Source: Basidiobolus ranarum (lineage: Eukaryota). Taken from it: 39,234 nt of DNA. Below are positions 1-11,017 of the stretch, in pieces. Numbering within the stretch: the first letter of the stretch is position 1; the number at the start of each line of letters is the position of its first letter. Where the stretch lies: positions 1 through 39,234 of the forward strand of contig JASJQH010006919.1 of the NCBI GenBank assembly GCA_040143965.1. Direction: 5' to 3'. Both the position numbers and the translations under genes were made by a program. Below the pieces are notes generated by a model that was given only the letters and a program-made list of their open reading frames with translations, ran no database searches and had not been told where the DNA came from.

Positions 1-1632
1 ATTATTAAACTCTGCTGACCAATCCAAGCCATCATCCTGATCCGTGATGGATTGCTTCCATATATCTTCTAACCTCGATTTATCATTCGAGTTTAAAGCA
101 AGCTCCTCAGGGAATTCTTGACTATTCAAGAAAGCAACAACATCATTGCCATCAGTATCCTCCGAGGTTTCAAAGGGTAATAGATTATGTTCAGCCAAAT
201 TTTGATCATCCTCATGCAAATGATTCAAATTATCACCCTCGACACCCATGTTAAGGAACTCAGTAGACCAATCTATATGGCCATTGTCTTTAGTTGGTTC
301 GTTGAGTGCTTTCTGTGATTCAGGAAGATTATTTTCACTTTCTTCTTTAAATTCAGCTGCCCACTCTGAGTAAGTGTCTTCTCCGTTATAAACTTGCTCT
401 ACAACAGATATGTCGCTCGAGGATGGTAACAATTCTTCAGGAAATTCTGTGCTATTTAAAAATGCCACCACATCGTCTCCATCTGTTTCCGATGGCCAAT
501 TAGTTTGAGTATTTGAAAAATCACCACGAAATGTCTGCTGCCAAGCTTCTTCAAGCTCCTCCAAGTCTTTTGGATTACGTTGCGATGCTTCACCATGCTC
601 ACTCTGAAAAGCAGTAAATTCATCTTGCTCAGATGCAAGATATTTAGGGCTTTGAATAATACTACCCAATGATGATTTGGTATTTGGCTCTGCTGAAGCG
701 AATGATTGACCTAATTCTACTGGATTGGAATTGAATTCAACTTCAGAATCATTACTGTTAGGGATGCTTCTCTGGTTTTCTGAAGAAATGTGTAGTGATT
801 GTTCGCTTAGATAATTGGGTATATCGTGACTCTCGAATGGATGAGATGCACTATTGTCAGTATTGAATTCTTCTTCGTTCTCATGATTACTTTCTACTAT
901 AGGGCTCTCTATCAAATTTTCACCAAAATGACTTAAAAACTCATCAGCCCATGCATAAGCACGACTTTCAGCAGAGGTGGTAGCGGTTTTATCAGGAGAT
1001 ATCAATAAAGGCTCGGTATTGTTTACATATAGGCCGACCTGTGGAGCAGACTTTAGTGAAAAGCGATTATTCAGAGGAAATCTAGGTCCAGAAAATTCTT
1101 CATTCAGGGGCTGAATGCTTTCACGTTCTGTGACAAACGAAGTATCTAACTGCTGTTCAGTTGAATTTTCGGAATAATCTTGCCCTGAATTGGAGGAAGT
1201 GTTAACGTCTTCAAAGTGTTGCAGCTCGTCCTCAAGAGATGGACCAGCTACAGACCTTTGTCCAATAGATTCAAAAGCGTGATGGGCTGAAGAGCCTTCC
1301 ATGTACGATCCAGTTTGAGAAGTATCATTAATAGACTCTGCCCATTGACTAGAACTCTCAAGAGGATTAATAGCATTTCCAGAGAAAGGGGTGGAATTTC
1401 CAGGTTTGTTAGAAAGTATACTAGCGAGGTTAGCGTTTGTAGATGATCCATTGGCTACACTACCTCCTAAAAAACTTCGAAATAAAGAGCGAGTAGAATT
1501 CGCAATGCCGCTAAACGCAGAGGTCCTATCTGGGACTTTACCAGCCTTTTTACTCTGAGAACTGGCGAGTATGTTAGAAGCATCTGAAGCTCGCTTTCCA
1601 AAATTCTTGCTCGGTCGATGTGAATCAGACAT
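1..1632 (-). CDS. Large acidic, Ser-rich protein with multiple WxxxF motifs (Pex5/Pex20 N-terminus-like); 3' end lies outside the window
   Basis: Uninterrupted minus-strand frame from ATG at 1632 (MSDSHRPSKNFGKRAS...) to base 1, 544 codons with no stop, which is probably why the ORF track omits it. It contains WADEF, WQQTF, WAAEF, WSTEF and WSAEF, plus a duplicated DG[DN]DVVAFLNS[TQ]EFPEEL motif. Coding status is well supported; function is inferred. Confidence 0.8.
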   Translation of the reverse strand, partial: MSDSHRPSKNFGKRASDASNILASSQSKKAGKVPDRTSAFSGIANSTRSLFRSFLGGSVANGSSTNANLASILSNKPGNSTPFSGNAINPLESSSQWAESINDTSQTGSYMEGSSAHHAFESIGQRSVAGPSLEDELQHFEDVNTSSNSGQDYSENSTEQQLDTSFVTERESIQPLNEEFSGPRFPLNNRFSLKSAPQVGLYVNNTEPLLISPDKTATTSAESRAYAWADEFLSHFGENLIESPIVESNHENEEEFNTDNSASHPFESHDIPNYLSEQSLHISSENQRSIPNSNDSEVEFNSNPVELGQSFASAEPNTKSSLGSIIQSPKYLASEQDEFTAFQSEHGEASQRNPKDLEELEEAWQQTFRGDFSNTQTNWPSETDGDDVVAFLNSTEFPEELLPSSSDISVVEQVYNGEDTYSEWAAEFKEESENNLPESQKALNEPTKDNGHIDWSTEFLNMGVEGDNLNHLHEDDQNLAEHNLLPFETSEDTDGNDVVAFLNSQEFPEELALNSNDKSRLEDIWKQSITDQDDGLDWSAEFNN

Positions 1633-2306
1633 TTACTGTCTTCCAGAAAGTATCCTCAATAAAATAAACCTTTAACTAAACTGTAGATGTATTTAGAAAG
1701 AAAACTATAGAATCAATGGAAGGCTCGTGGCTTTTTGTCTTAACAGAGTAAAATATCAGGTTGGGTGATACTACCATTAAGAAGTATCCAAAAAATCCGG
1801 AACATTTTTCGTATGACAAACTCACGGAGTACATAAAATACTGATATTCAACAAATGTATATTTATATTTGTGGCTTTGATGTTTGCAGTAATGTTAGCA
1901 TCTGTTAATTTGGAACAGTAATTCGCAATATGTAAATAGATCTTAATTCAAAGCCCAATATAAGCATTTAAGCAAAATTCCCCAAACTTAATTTTGTGTA
2001 TGCGTATACAATCACGATGGAATTGAAAAAATAGGTCTGGTTTTTTTTCAAGATACATGATCAAGGGGGAACAGATTCAGGCATTCTATTGGTCATATGG
2101 TTTGACTGGAGACTCAGAATCACCTCAATTAATGCGATCAGCCGAAAATCCATTCTTTCTCTCTCTCGCTGTTTCCCAACCAAGCGACTGTATTCTTGGT
2201 AAGAATTATAATCTATTTGAGAAGTTTACATGGGGTTTATCTCGTTAGATCTTACATTTGCTCACATCAAATTATTTCCATTATCCATCCATCCATAAAA
2301 CAGAAA

Positions 2307-2731
2307 ATGGCAAAGGAACAAAAGGGTACCAAGCGTTCCACTCTCTCTGACGTTGTCACCAGAGAATACACTGTTCACCTTCACAAGCTCATTCATGATC
2401 GGTAAGTCCTACAACTAGTTGTACCATTGAGATACCTTCTAATTGTCGGTGTATTCATAGCCAATTCAAGAAAAAGGCTCCTACTGCTGTCAAAGCCATC
2501 AAGGCTTTTGCCGCCAAGCACATGGGTACTGTTGATGTCCGCTTAGATCCTTCTGTAAACAAGCAAGTTTGGAGCCACGGTATTCGCAACGTTCAACGTC
2601 GTATTCGTGTTCGCCTTGCTCGTAGACGTAACGATGATGAAGATGCCAAGGAAAAACTCTATACTTATGTTACTTTTGTTCCTGTTACCTCTTACAAGGG
2701 TCTTCAAACTGAAGTAGTTGAAGAGAACTAG
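2307..2731 (+). CDS. RPL31: 60S ribosomal protein L31 (eL31); exons 2307-2401, 2461-2731
   Basis: Spliced translation [102 protein letters not shown] carries the eL31 signatures. The 59-bp intron is GTAAGT...CTAAT...TAG. Confidence 0.97.
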
Positions 2732-3674
2732 ATTTCTTATTTCTAAATTCTTCATTCTTCAATATGGTACCCTTCATATTGCCGTCTATGAAATACAAAT
2801 ATATTTTTGGAAGTATTACTCTAAAGCATTGTATCGTTATTTTTGTAAGTCGTTAGAACGAATAGTTAAGATCAGTTTGAGATATTCTGTGAAGCCGGTT
2901 TGGCCATAAACCATAATGACTGGCTGGCCGCAAGTTGGATATGTTGGGCAAAGTTATAGCATGCCAAATAATATATTGTTAATGTGAGTGCAACCGTATA
3001 TTAGGGTATTACAGAACACATTAGGCGGGTCACTGAATACTCTAACTTGGGTACTTGTCTTGGGATATAGCCAAATGGGGCATAGATTGACAACAAAGGT
3101 AAAAAGGTCAGTGGTTCAGACGGCGCTGATAACCGCCCTGAGCAAAAGGAGAGCAGGGATTTTATCTGACGAGTCTTGTAGCACTAATTTGATGAGGCTT
3201 AGCTTTACTCTAAACCAGATTGCTGATATGTGGTTTCATCAGGAGCCGCAGCCTCAATTGTATTCTTAACAATATGGCGAGTCTCCATCTCATTAAAGAG
3301 TAGGGGATTTTCCTCCGGATTCACTTCGGATCAGGATTTAATTCAATCGACAAGAAACTGATAAGAGCGAGGCCAAGTCCAATCATGATCTACGCAATTG
3401 GTTTCAAGTAATTCAATTATCTAATTCCATTTCATTGCACTGCATTACCCTCCTCCATACTTGTTCCAATCAGCCCAATGTCTTTTTGGGCTCAAGCCGA
3501 ACGACTGCCTTTTGAAAACATAACTATAGCACTGTTTGAGGACTGGGGATTGCTATATATGGTGTTGAAGTTGCCATGAGCTAAAAATAGCTCTGAACAC
3601 TCCACTGCAAAAGAATCGAATAGGGCTTGATGATACAAATGTTAACCCTTTATGAATTATTACATTTGGATGGC

Positions 3675-3718
3675 TGTTTGCTTGATTGGAGGTTGTTTGC
3701 TTGATTGGAGGTTGTTTG
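3675..3718. repeat. 19-bp tandem repeat (TGTTTGCTTGATTGGAGGT, about 2.3 copies)
   Basis: Perfect copies at 3675-3693 and 3694-3712, partial copy at 3713-3718. Each full unit contains ATTGG (reverse CCAAT). Confidence 0.9.
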
Positions 3719-3911
3719 ATGAACAATATGATAAGTTCAATAATGGTTTCGAGCGTGCTCTTAACTTCACTAATTCCCAGTTGTAGCCTTTATTCATACT
3801 TATTCCATCAAACCATATTTTCTACCCTAAGCTTTGCTTGCAGCATTTGCCTAGGTTTACACATTCGTGCCTCTGAAACCCTGGATTATGAGTTTGTAGA
3901 GTGCTTGGACA

Positions 3912-5223
3912 ATGAAGGTAAGCGAGTGAATAGTCCTTGACCCAGGCGGAAAGAGACTTATCTGTATCACCATGTAGTCTAAATTCTTCTTTACGACTCT
4001 AGAAAATTAAGGTAAACTATTCACAGACAACACTAATTCTGTCTATCGTGGAAGCTATAATTGTCGTAGTGTTGGAGTCGCTCGTTGCATATACCTATTC
4101 CAAAAGCCCGGAGCAAGGAGATACCCCAAATAAATACACCTCCTTGTTAGTTTACTTCATCATTTTTATCAGCTCTCAAGTGTTCCAGGTTGTACTGGTA
4201 TGGGATGCTGTAAGTAGAACCCACATAGTGCTTAACGAGGAGTTACATTGGCAACTTTCTAAACTTTTATTTTTCTAGTTGAGATATGAAAATACAATCC
4301 AAATTATCGCATTCGTTCTATTCAATCTATCTTGCTTTTGCTACTCGCTAATCCAATATAATCAACTGAGTCAAAGCTTAGTTTCTGGATCATCGATGGA
4401 CTTGTGTCGATACATGACCATCTCCATTGCTGCAATTATGTTTGTATTCTTTCTATTATATATATGGTTGGGATACCGCCTCTATCGGGAGTTTGGGTGG
4501 AAAATCTATAAGCGCATAGGTGCAGATGTTCGAATGAAAGGTGATTACTATCTTTAACAAATTTGTTAACCTCGATAGACTAATGCTTACCTCGATACAC
4601 ATCAGCTCGGTATCGCACGTACCAAATCTTTCTTACTTTGGTGAAGCTTGATGTATTCTTTTTCCTTGGTTTCTGCGTGCAATTCCTAGTACTGGTTCTT
4701 GTTGGAAGTGATCCCGAGTTTCCAATTACTATAGCTTCGCTACCCATCATTCTCATTACACTAGTGCTGGCCGTGTATTGTATTCGACATGAGAACCAAG
4801 TGGTAACGGTGATTTTCCTGTTTGGTTTGTGCTGTGGCGCTGGATACTTCATTTTCAAATTGATACGAATGCAACAAAGACGTAATGAAGACAAGTACAA
4901 AAATGTTATCATCTTTCTATCCTTCTTTGGTATTGTCTATCTATGCTAGTCGCTAGATGTTCTCACCACTTTCTAACTCCTGAATTGTTTGCAGCTGCTC
5001 TCTCTTTGATTATGATCTCCGCGACTATAGTCATGACTGTTCAATGTTACATGAATTTTGGTAAAGGACTGAAGTTTCACCGTAAGTGATTTAAATTCTA
5101 TTTCACGATATACCCATCACCTACGAACCGATTATTGACTCTTCTGAATCCATAGTAAGCACTACTCCGGCTATAGCTCAAACACGAGCACCTACTGAAC
5201 GCAATCTAAATTTAATTGAGTAA
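3912..5223 (+). CDS. UPF0658-like Golgi multi-pass membrane protein; exons 3912-3917, 4003-4209, 4279-4540, 4606-4929, 4995-5081, 5156-5223
   Basis: GT-AG introns join in frame to give several hydrophobic helices. Motifs recalled for this fungal family: WDALRYENTIQII, YREFGWKIYKRIGAD, YQIFLTLVKLDVFFF, CYMNFGKGLK. The 6-bp first exon is the least certain part. Confidence 0.8.
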
Positions 5224-6339
5224 ATAAACCCCGATACTATTATTTTTTTTCACAATTCAAAAGAGAACTGTTTTTGACTTCTGCTTCAATTCATGAGTTG
5301 TTTCTTGAGAATTCCTTTTATCGTTATCATACGTTTCTGTGCAATCCATCGTTTTCGGTCAGTTCATTCATTTCTTGGTTTGTACTAAGATTCTCTTATT
5401 ATTTTTATTAAGTATGTACTTTCATATTGGGGGATTATGTTCACCGCTATTGGACTGTTTTAACAAGTAAAATGTCATATTAACCCAGCCAGGACGCATG
5501 TTAAGCAACACATATAGTAGAGTATATTTAGTTTCGTAGTATGCAACATATGGGATTAGTAATCAAAAAGGAACTAATAAAAGTGATCCCAAACCAAGTG
5601 TACCCATATAGGGTTTAAGTTATCATTGTCAATCTGAAGGCACACATTTGGTAACTACATACTATCCCCGTAATGTTGCGCGCAGTAGCTGGGTCTGATG
5701 CAATATAGTTGATAATAATGCGTTAAGGTTTGTGAACGAGACATTGTCAACGGTTTCATTCCATTTCTCCATGTGACCCAATCCAAGTTTACTTTGATGC
5801 GCATAGACGAAACGGGTAGATGTCATCAATTGGGCTTGAGCCAACATGGCGTTATTTTTCGGATCAGATGTATTACACCATAATAATTCACCATCTATGA
5901 AACACTATTATGTAATTGAGGCTACATGTTCTAAGCTGGTGTTTTCAAAATTATTACGACAATCTTATACAAAGATGCAGGAATTGACTGGAGGAAAGCT
6001 ATATTGGATAGAATCCTTCTGATACGTGGAAATTGACCGGAGCTGAAATTGGACTTGTTAGTCTAGATTCTTTCAAGAGGAGACACCCTTCCCACTTGTG
6101 TCTATCAGCGAGAGATGCGACATCTCAGGTTGATGTGATCCACTCAATATGTGAAGCATTTTGAATGAACACACCATATGTGCTTCATAGTCTTTCGTAC
6201 TTTGACTCTGGGATCATTACCAGTATTGTCCCTGCATATGGGTGATATCTTTTACTATAGCATCATATTCGAGGCATCCATCAAGAGATAGAAGAGTTTA
6301 TTCAAGTCGTTTGAAGGCACGAATCATAAAGGACATCCT

Positions 6340-6567
6340 TCAGTTCATATTTAAGTAATCACGTTCTTCGGTTATCTTTTTCATCAAGGTTTCATGCTTT
6401 CCTGCCATCTTCTGATGGTATGCTACTTGCTCTATGCTAACCGGACGTCCATTCATCGTGTAATGAGAGTCAAGTTGGTCATTGTTTACCAAATCGATTG
6501 TGGGATGATTAGGATTATAGTAGTGATGGTTTAAATCGTCAAGAATACTTTGGGAAGGTTGTGTCAT
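6340..6567 (-). CDS. Small protein (75 aa), paralogue 1 of an unrecognised three-gene family
   Basis: Shares NGRPVSIEQVAYHQKMAGKHETLMKKIT motif with the ORFs at 7670 and 8396. TATAAA starts 90 bp upstream of the ATG. Confidence 0.75.
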   Translation of the reverse strand: MTQPSQSILDDLNHHYYNPNHPTIDLVNNDQLDSHYTMNGRPVSIEQVAYHQKMAGKHETLMKKITEERDYLNMN

Positions 6568-7669
6568 ACTTATAAAAGGTGCTTCTGATGGAGTAGATGT
6601 CGTGCGTTGTCCGAAATAGAAACAGATGAGCGAAACGAAAGCGCTACTTGGTTTATATGAGGTGCGTCGAGTGTTTGTACGATGCTTGGGTCATCATGAC
6701 ATCACCAAGACAATAGGTACGATTTTGATGTCATCGTCAGTCAATATTTGGATCATATTTGTCACAATCCATGCAACAAAAACATCTGTACCCGTGTTTG
6801 AATCACTCATGCACATTATTCGGCCAACCAGTGACTTGCGATTTCAGGTCAAACTAACACCAAATTATCGAGGTGTTGGACATTCAGAGCCAATCGTCAC
6901 ACTCAATTTGTCCAGAGCTAAAAAAGAACAGATCGAAGATCATCGGCCCAGACAGCTCTCTGTTGCGACGGGTATTTTGCCTATGCTAGGCTGATTAAGT
7001 GTACGGTCAAAGAACAAATAAAAAATGTACTACACTTAACGGACAGACTACAATAATTGATTGAAATATGAGGTCAAAGAAATCAGCCTGCAGTCTGGTG
7101 TAGTCAAGGTGTATCCTTGGCACTCGCTCTCTAAAACTAGTTGTTTTGAATTTCCAGTTATCGGGGTTCTGAAAAGAAAATCGTAGTTAAAACTGGTCCA
7201 TTCAAGTAGTAAAATAAGCTTTGGCCTCCGTGCATGAATATCGCTTAGCAGTCAACTGCTAATCGAGTTTGCTGATTATATCACATTGGGCACACACCTA
7301 TTATAGCAGATCTTTGAAATGACCAATTGACGTTGAGAAGTCATGTTTTCTATTAGGCGAAAGGCACTCAATATGGAAGTGAGATTGTAAGAGCTAGTGC
7401 TAGTGTTAGTGATGAGTAAATCATAGGATGATCTAGATCACCTTCAAATATGTCATTGTCTTCAGACCTGGCAATGATAAAGTTCATACAATCCTCTGAC
7501 TCATGCGACGCAAAAATTACCAAAGTCTTGGTCACTGCACTGCACAAGGATTTTCGAAGCAGTCCCATAAGTCGAATATGTATAAATAATCAGACCTGTA
7601 AGCATGATTACCAACTATATGCTATCCATAAGCTCCTACATCTGCTTCTGATCCCTATTTGAAAGAACA

Positions 7670-7897
7670 ATGCAGAACCAACACAACCAATACCGTGAAC
7701 CCCAAGAATCTGCTGCTACAATTCAATCTCATCCACTTTACGAGCCTACCCCAAATAGCGATGCTCACGGACAAGAGATTCCAAACCCCACTCCCATACT
7801 AAACGGACGCCGGCTAAGTATTGAACAAGCTGTGTACCATAATTCCATGGCTAATCAACACGAGGCTATGATAAAACAGCTTACCCAGAACCATTGA
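7670..7897 (+). CDS. Small protein (75 aa), paralogue 2 of an unrecognised three-gene family
   Basis: Motif NGRRLSIEQAVYHNSMANQHEAMIKQLT. TATAAATA at 7581, 89 bp upstream. ACAATG start context. Confidence 0.75.
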   Translation: MQNQHNQYREPQESAATIQSHPLYEPTPNSDAHGQEIPNPTPILNGRRLSIEQAVYHNSMANQHEAMIKQLTQNH

Positions 7898-8395
7898 TAA
7901 AATTTGAACTTGTTTCGTATTAGTTCCTAATTGATATAGGCATGTAGCAACTTGAGTTCCAATTTTTGTAGTAAATAGTATTCTAGCAGGGCACAGAACC
8001 ATATATAAATCATATAAAACATAATCTTTAAACTAAATTTGCTTTGGTTAGGCGAATGAGGGAGTATTTCATTTATTCAGATTTGACATGGATGTCATTG
8101 GAGGAGCATCCACCAAGTACGTGGATTTCCATCTAAACTTGCAAAGTGACACTTGGAATTTCAACAGATAGTTTTGTAGTGGAAACACTGACTACTCCAA
8201 TTTCATCCTTGACAATATAACCGGTATGGAATTGACTAAAAAACTAGCTTCTAATTGTGTACATTTTTTGGAAGTTGAGTTGGTACGTATCCATGTAGTG
8301 TATTTATTGGAAGAGTAAATGGAGTAGTCATATATATATATATACAGTAGTCACTGAGCCTTCTGCTAGCCTGGAGAGTTTAAAATATCTTTATC

Positions 8396-8626
8396 TCAAG
8401 GTGAGTTATTGTTTCCTGTCAATCGTTGAATTATAGCTTCGCATTGCCCCGCGATAATTTTGTGGTATGCTATTTCTTCAGCACTGAGACGACGACCTTC
8501 AATCGTGATAATAGACATAGTATACTCCTCCAAGTTTCCTGACATACCGCCTTTGTTAGGACAACTAGGGTAATAATGGTTCAAGGAATCTTGAGACTTA
8601 GCGGTGTGTAGATGTGACTGGGTCAT
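8396..8626 (-). CDS. Small protein (76 aa), paralogue 3 of an unrecognised three-gene family
   Basis: Motif EGRRLSAEEIAYHKIIAGQCEAIIQRLT. N-terminus MTQ...DSLNHYYP resembles paralogue 1 (MTQ...DDLNHHYYNP). TATATA starts 91 bp upstream. Confidence 0.75.
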   Translation of the reverse strand: MTQSHLHTAKSQDSLNHYYPSCPNKGGMSGNLEEYTMSIITIEGRRLSAEEIAYHKIIAGQCEAIIQRLTGNNNSP

Positions 8627-11017
8627 AGCTAACTGTGACAGATTTCTTACTTTGGTGGATAGTGGAATTTGTATTATGAGTTATTTTCAACAGAGGGACT
8701 TCACACAGGACTATATACTGGAGGCACAGCAGGTCAGAAAGAGTGTTACGACTTCCTATTCTGTATTGGATCCTTTAGTTGAAATCTGCTTTGGTATTTG
8801 TATGTAAGTGGATATGATTATTGCTAAAATAGATTTGGTCATATCATATTACATCATTCCGAACATTTAACTACATTTGCAGACTCTATTATTATGTATT
8901 TCATAAACTCTAATCAATGGGTGTCTCGCAGTGTTTTCCTTCGTCATTCTCTACAAATTGGAGGACCTGTAATCTTCCTTACGAATCGTGGCTAACCTAT
9001 AGACCTAACTGCGAGTTGACCTAATTAAGTATGCTCAAGATCGGGCTGTGCTATAGCTACCACATTTTCTATGTGCTCATTGATGATGCACTTAACATGA
9101 AGTACATTAAAAGATCGAGTTGTGTGTCATTGAAGATGGTCCTCAACATTCGCCTCTGCTCATATTAAATAGATGGAATTACAACATTGGGCATATTTAT
9201 TTATGAGATTTCTCTAGGGTTTCCCATGTTCTCGATATGGGAGGGGTAGTCCACAGACTTCTCTATAGCGATATAGGCGCTACCGCAATAAGTATCTGAT
9301 AAACAAGCACTTCGCAAAGCTTGGATGATAGTTCGATCATGTTTCATCACATGAAATGTATGATCGTTAATCATCCTTTGGTCGTTGCGCTATTTTGTAA
9401 GATCGTGGGAATGAATAAGGAATGAAATTTCCAATTTTGACTTGGCCAAGAGTACAGGCATTCATCCATATCACTCGAGGTTGAGGAGATAATGGCTTTC
9501 TACAGGTCAAAGAAGATTGTATGGCTGGTTCATCAAGTACACCACAACTTTTAGTGCTGGCTTGATATGGGTAGAATGCACTTGGTCTCAGGTGGATCAT
9601 TAATATCTGGGGTGACTGGGCTTCAAGCATTTTATCGATGAGAATGTTGTGACGGAGAGGTGTGTTCATGGAATATATTTAGGTACAATGGGCTGATCTC
9701 TATTGGCACTTCACCCACTGCTAATATTCCATCAATCAATTGCTGTACCTTTTTAGAGTCCCTTGATTTGGTAATTGTCATTACTTTCTCCTTTCTATAA
9801 TAATGAACGACAACATCATTTAGCTCTACACTCAGACTGCCCCATTAAAGAGCAAATGATAAACGTGAAGTAGTCAATAAGAGTCTAGCTAAGGATATCC
9901 CAAGCATATTCTAGATTACAAATGGGATCCTATAAGAAACGCTCCTGGTCAAACGTTGAATGGAAAGGTAGAACTGTTATATGTGCTGAGCCTATATATT
10001 GGCTATTTTAAGATGACTTGTTCTAAGCATACCATATTATTTGGTTTAATTGTAGGGTATTACTCTCCGTCATTCCTCTAGCCTTCTTGTTGAATGGGAA
10101 TTCTAGGTGACGCTCGTCACTTGCTCATACATATAGATGAATGATTGAAGCTTAATACTGCATTTTGTACTTGAAGGTAAATCGATATAGCCAATTGGTG
10201 CTGTTATGAAATTGGAATCTAGAAGAGGCATGCTTAAGACTTAATTGGAAGTTTCATATCAAGTAAGCCTAATTTCCCAGTATCGCAAGTGAAATAACTC
10301 TTATGTAAGAACTGGGATCAATTGGATTGAGTAGAATCTGGCTATTTTACTTTTGAGGAGGGGGGTTTGATACAGATCAATTGGATCGAAACACCCATAT
10401 GGGTTGACCTGTTTATTTATTTTTTTCCAATGGATGAGTTCAAATGGATCCTTGAAGTATTTTCACCAAATATGTTCATCTGTACTGATTCCGTTTGTCC
10501 ACTTGTAGAACACACTAAGGATCAGGGCGGCTACAACTACACTTTCAACAATCCAAAAAAGCAAGCCTTGTTAAAGGGGGTCCCTGGTTAAAATGGTCGA
10601 GGTGGGTGGATTTCAGCTACTACCATTAGAGCTAGTGATACATGATTAAGAATGTATGTCAGACACAACAATTAGTTCGCTCCTCGAGATTTCTCTCGTT
10701 TATTCTACTATATACAGTGTGATAGAATGGATAAGAGTAACAGATCGAGGCTGTCACTGAGTTGTGGATAGTTTGAATATAACGCTAACAAGCATTTTAA
10801 AGGTGAGAGCTAGATGGTTAAATTATGCGGCTTGAGTAATGTTCTGAAGAATATGGTATTTGATATGCGATACGTAAGTAAAAATAGATATGGGCGCTAA
10901 ACTAAGGCATGCTATTCGAGTATGGTTTGGTGTCGTATTAGGGAATAATAGTTGGATGAAGGTCTGCAGAAAAAGGGCGGTCAAAAGAGAATAGTCACTA
11001 ATTAGTTGGATTGTTTT

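Noticed and set aside
456-1451. Short minus-strand ORFs 456-638 and 1248-1451
   Set aside because: Alternative frames inside the long 1-1632 coding frame.
4580-4912. Antisense or shifted ORFs overlapping real genes (also 2543-2755, 11391-11700, 16587-16811, 19947-20159, 23394-23655, 24625-24864, 27037-27551, 28654-29016)
   Set aside because: Shadow frames of well-supported CDSs with no independent features.
6626-7662. ORFs 6626-6994, 7368-7568 and 7450-7662 between microprotein genes 1 and 2
   Set aside because: They lack the shared motif, overlap the putative promoters and show no recognisable features.
9367-9669. 100-aa minus-strand ORF as a possible fourth cluster member
   Set aside because: No GRxxSxExxxYH motif and no recognisable similarity.
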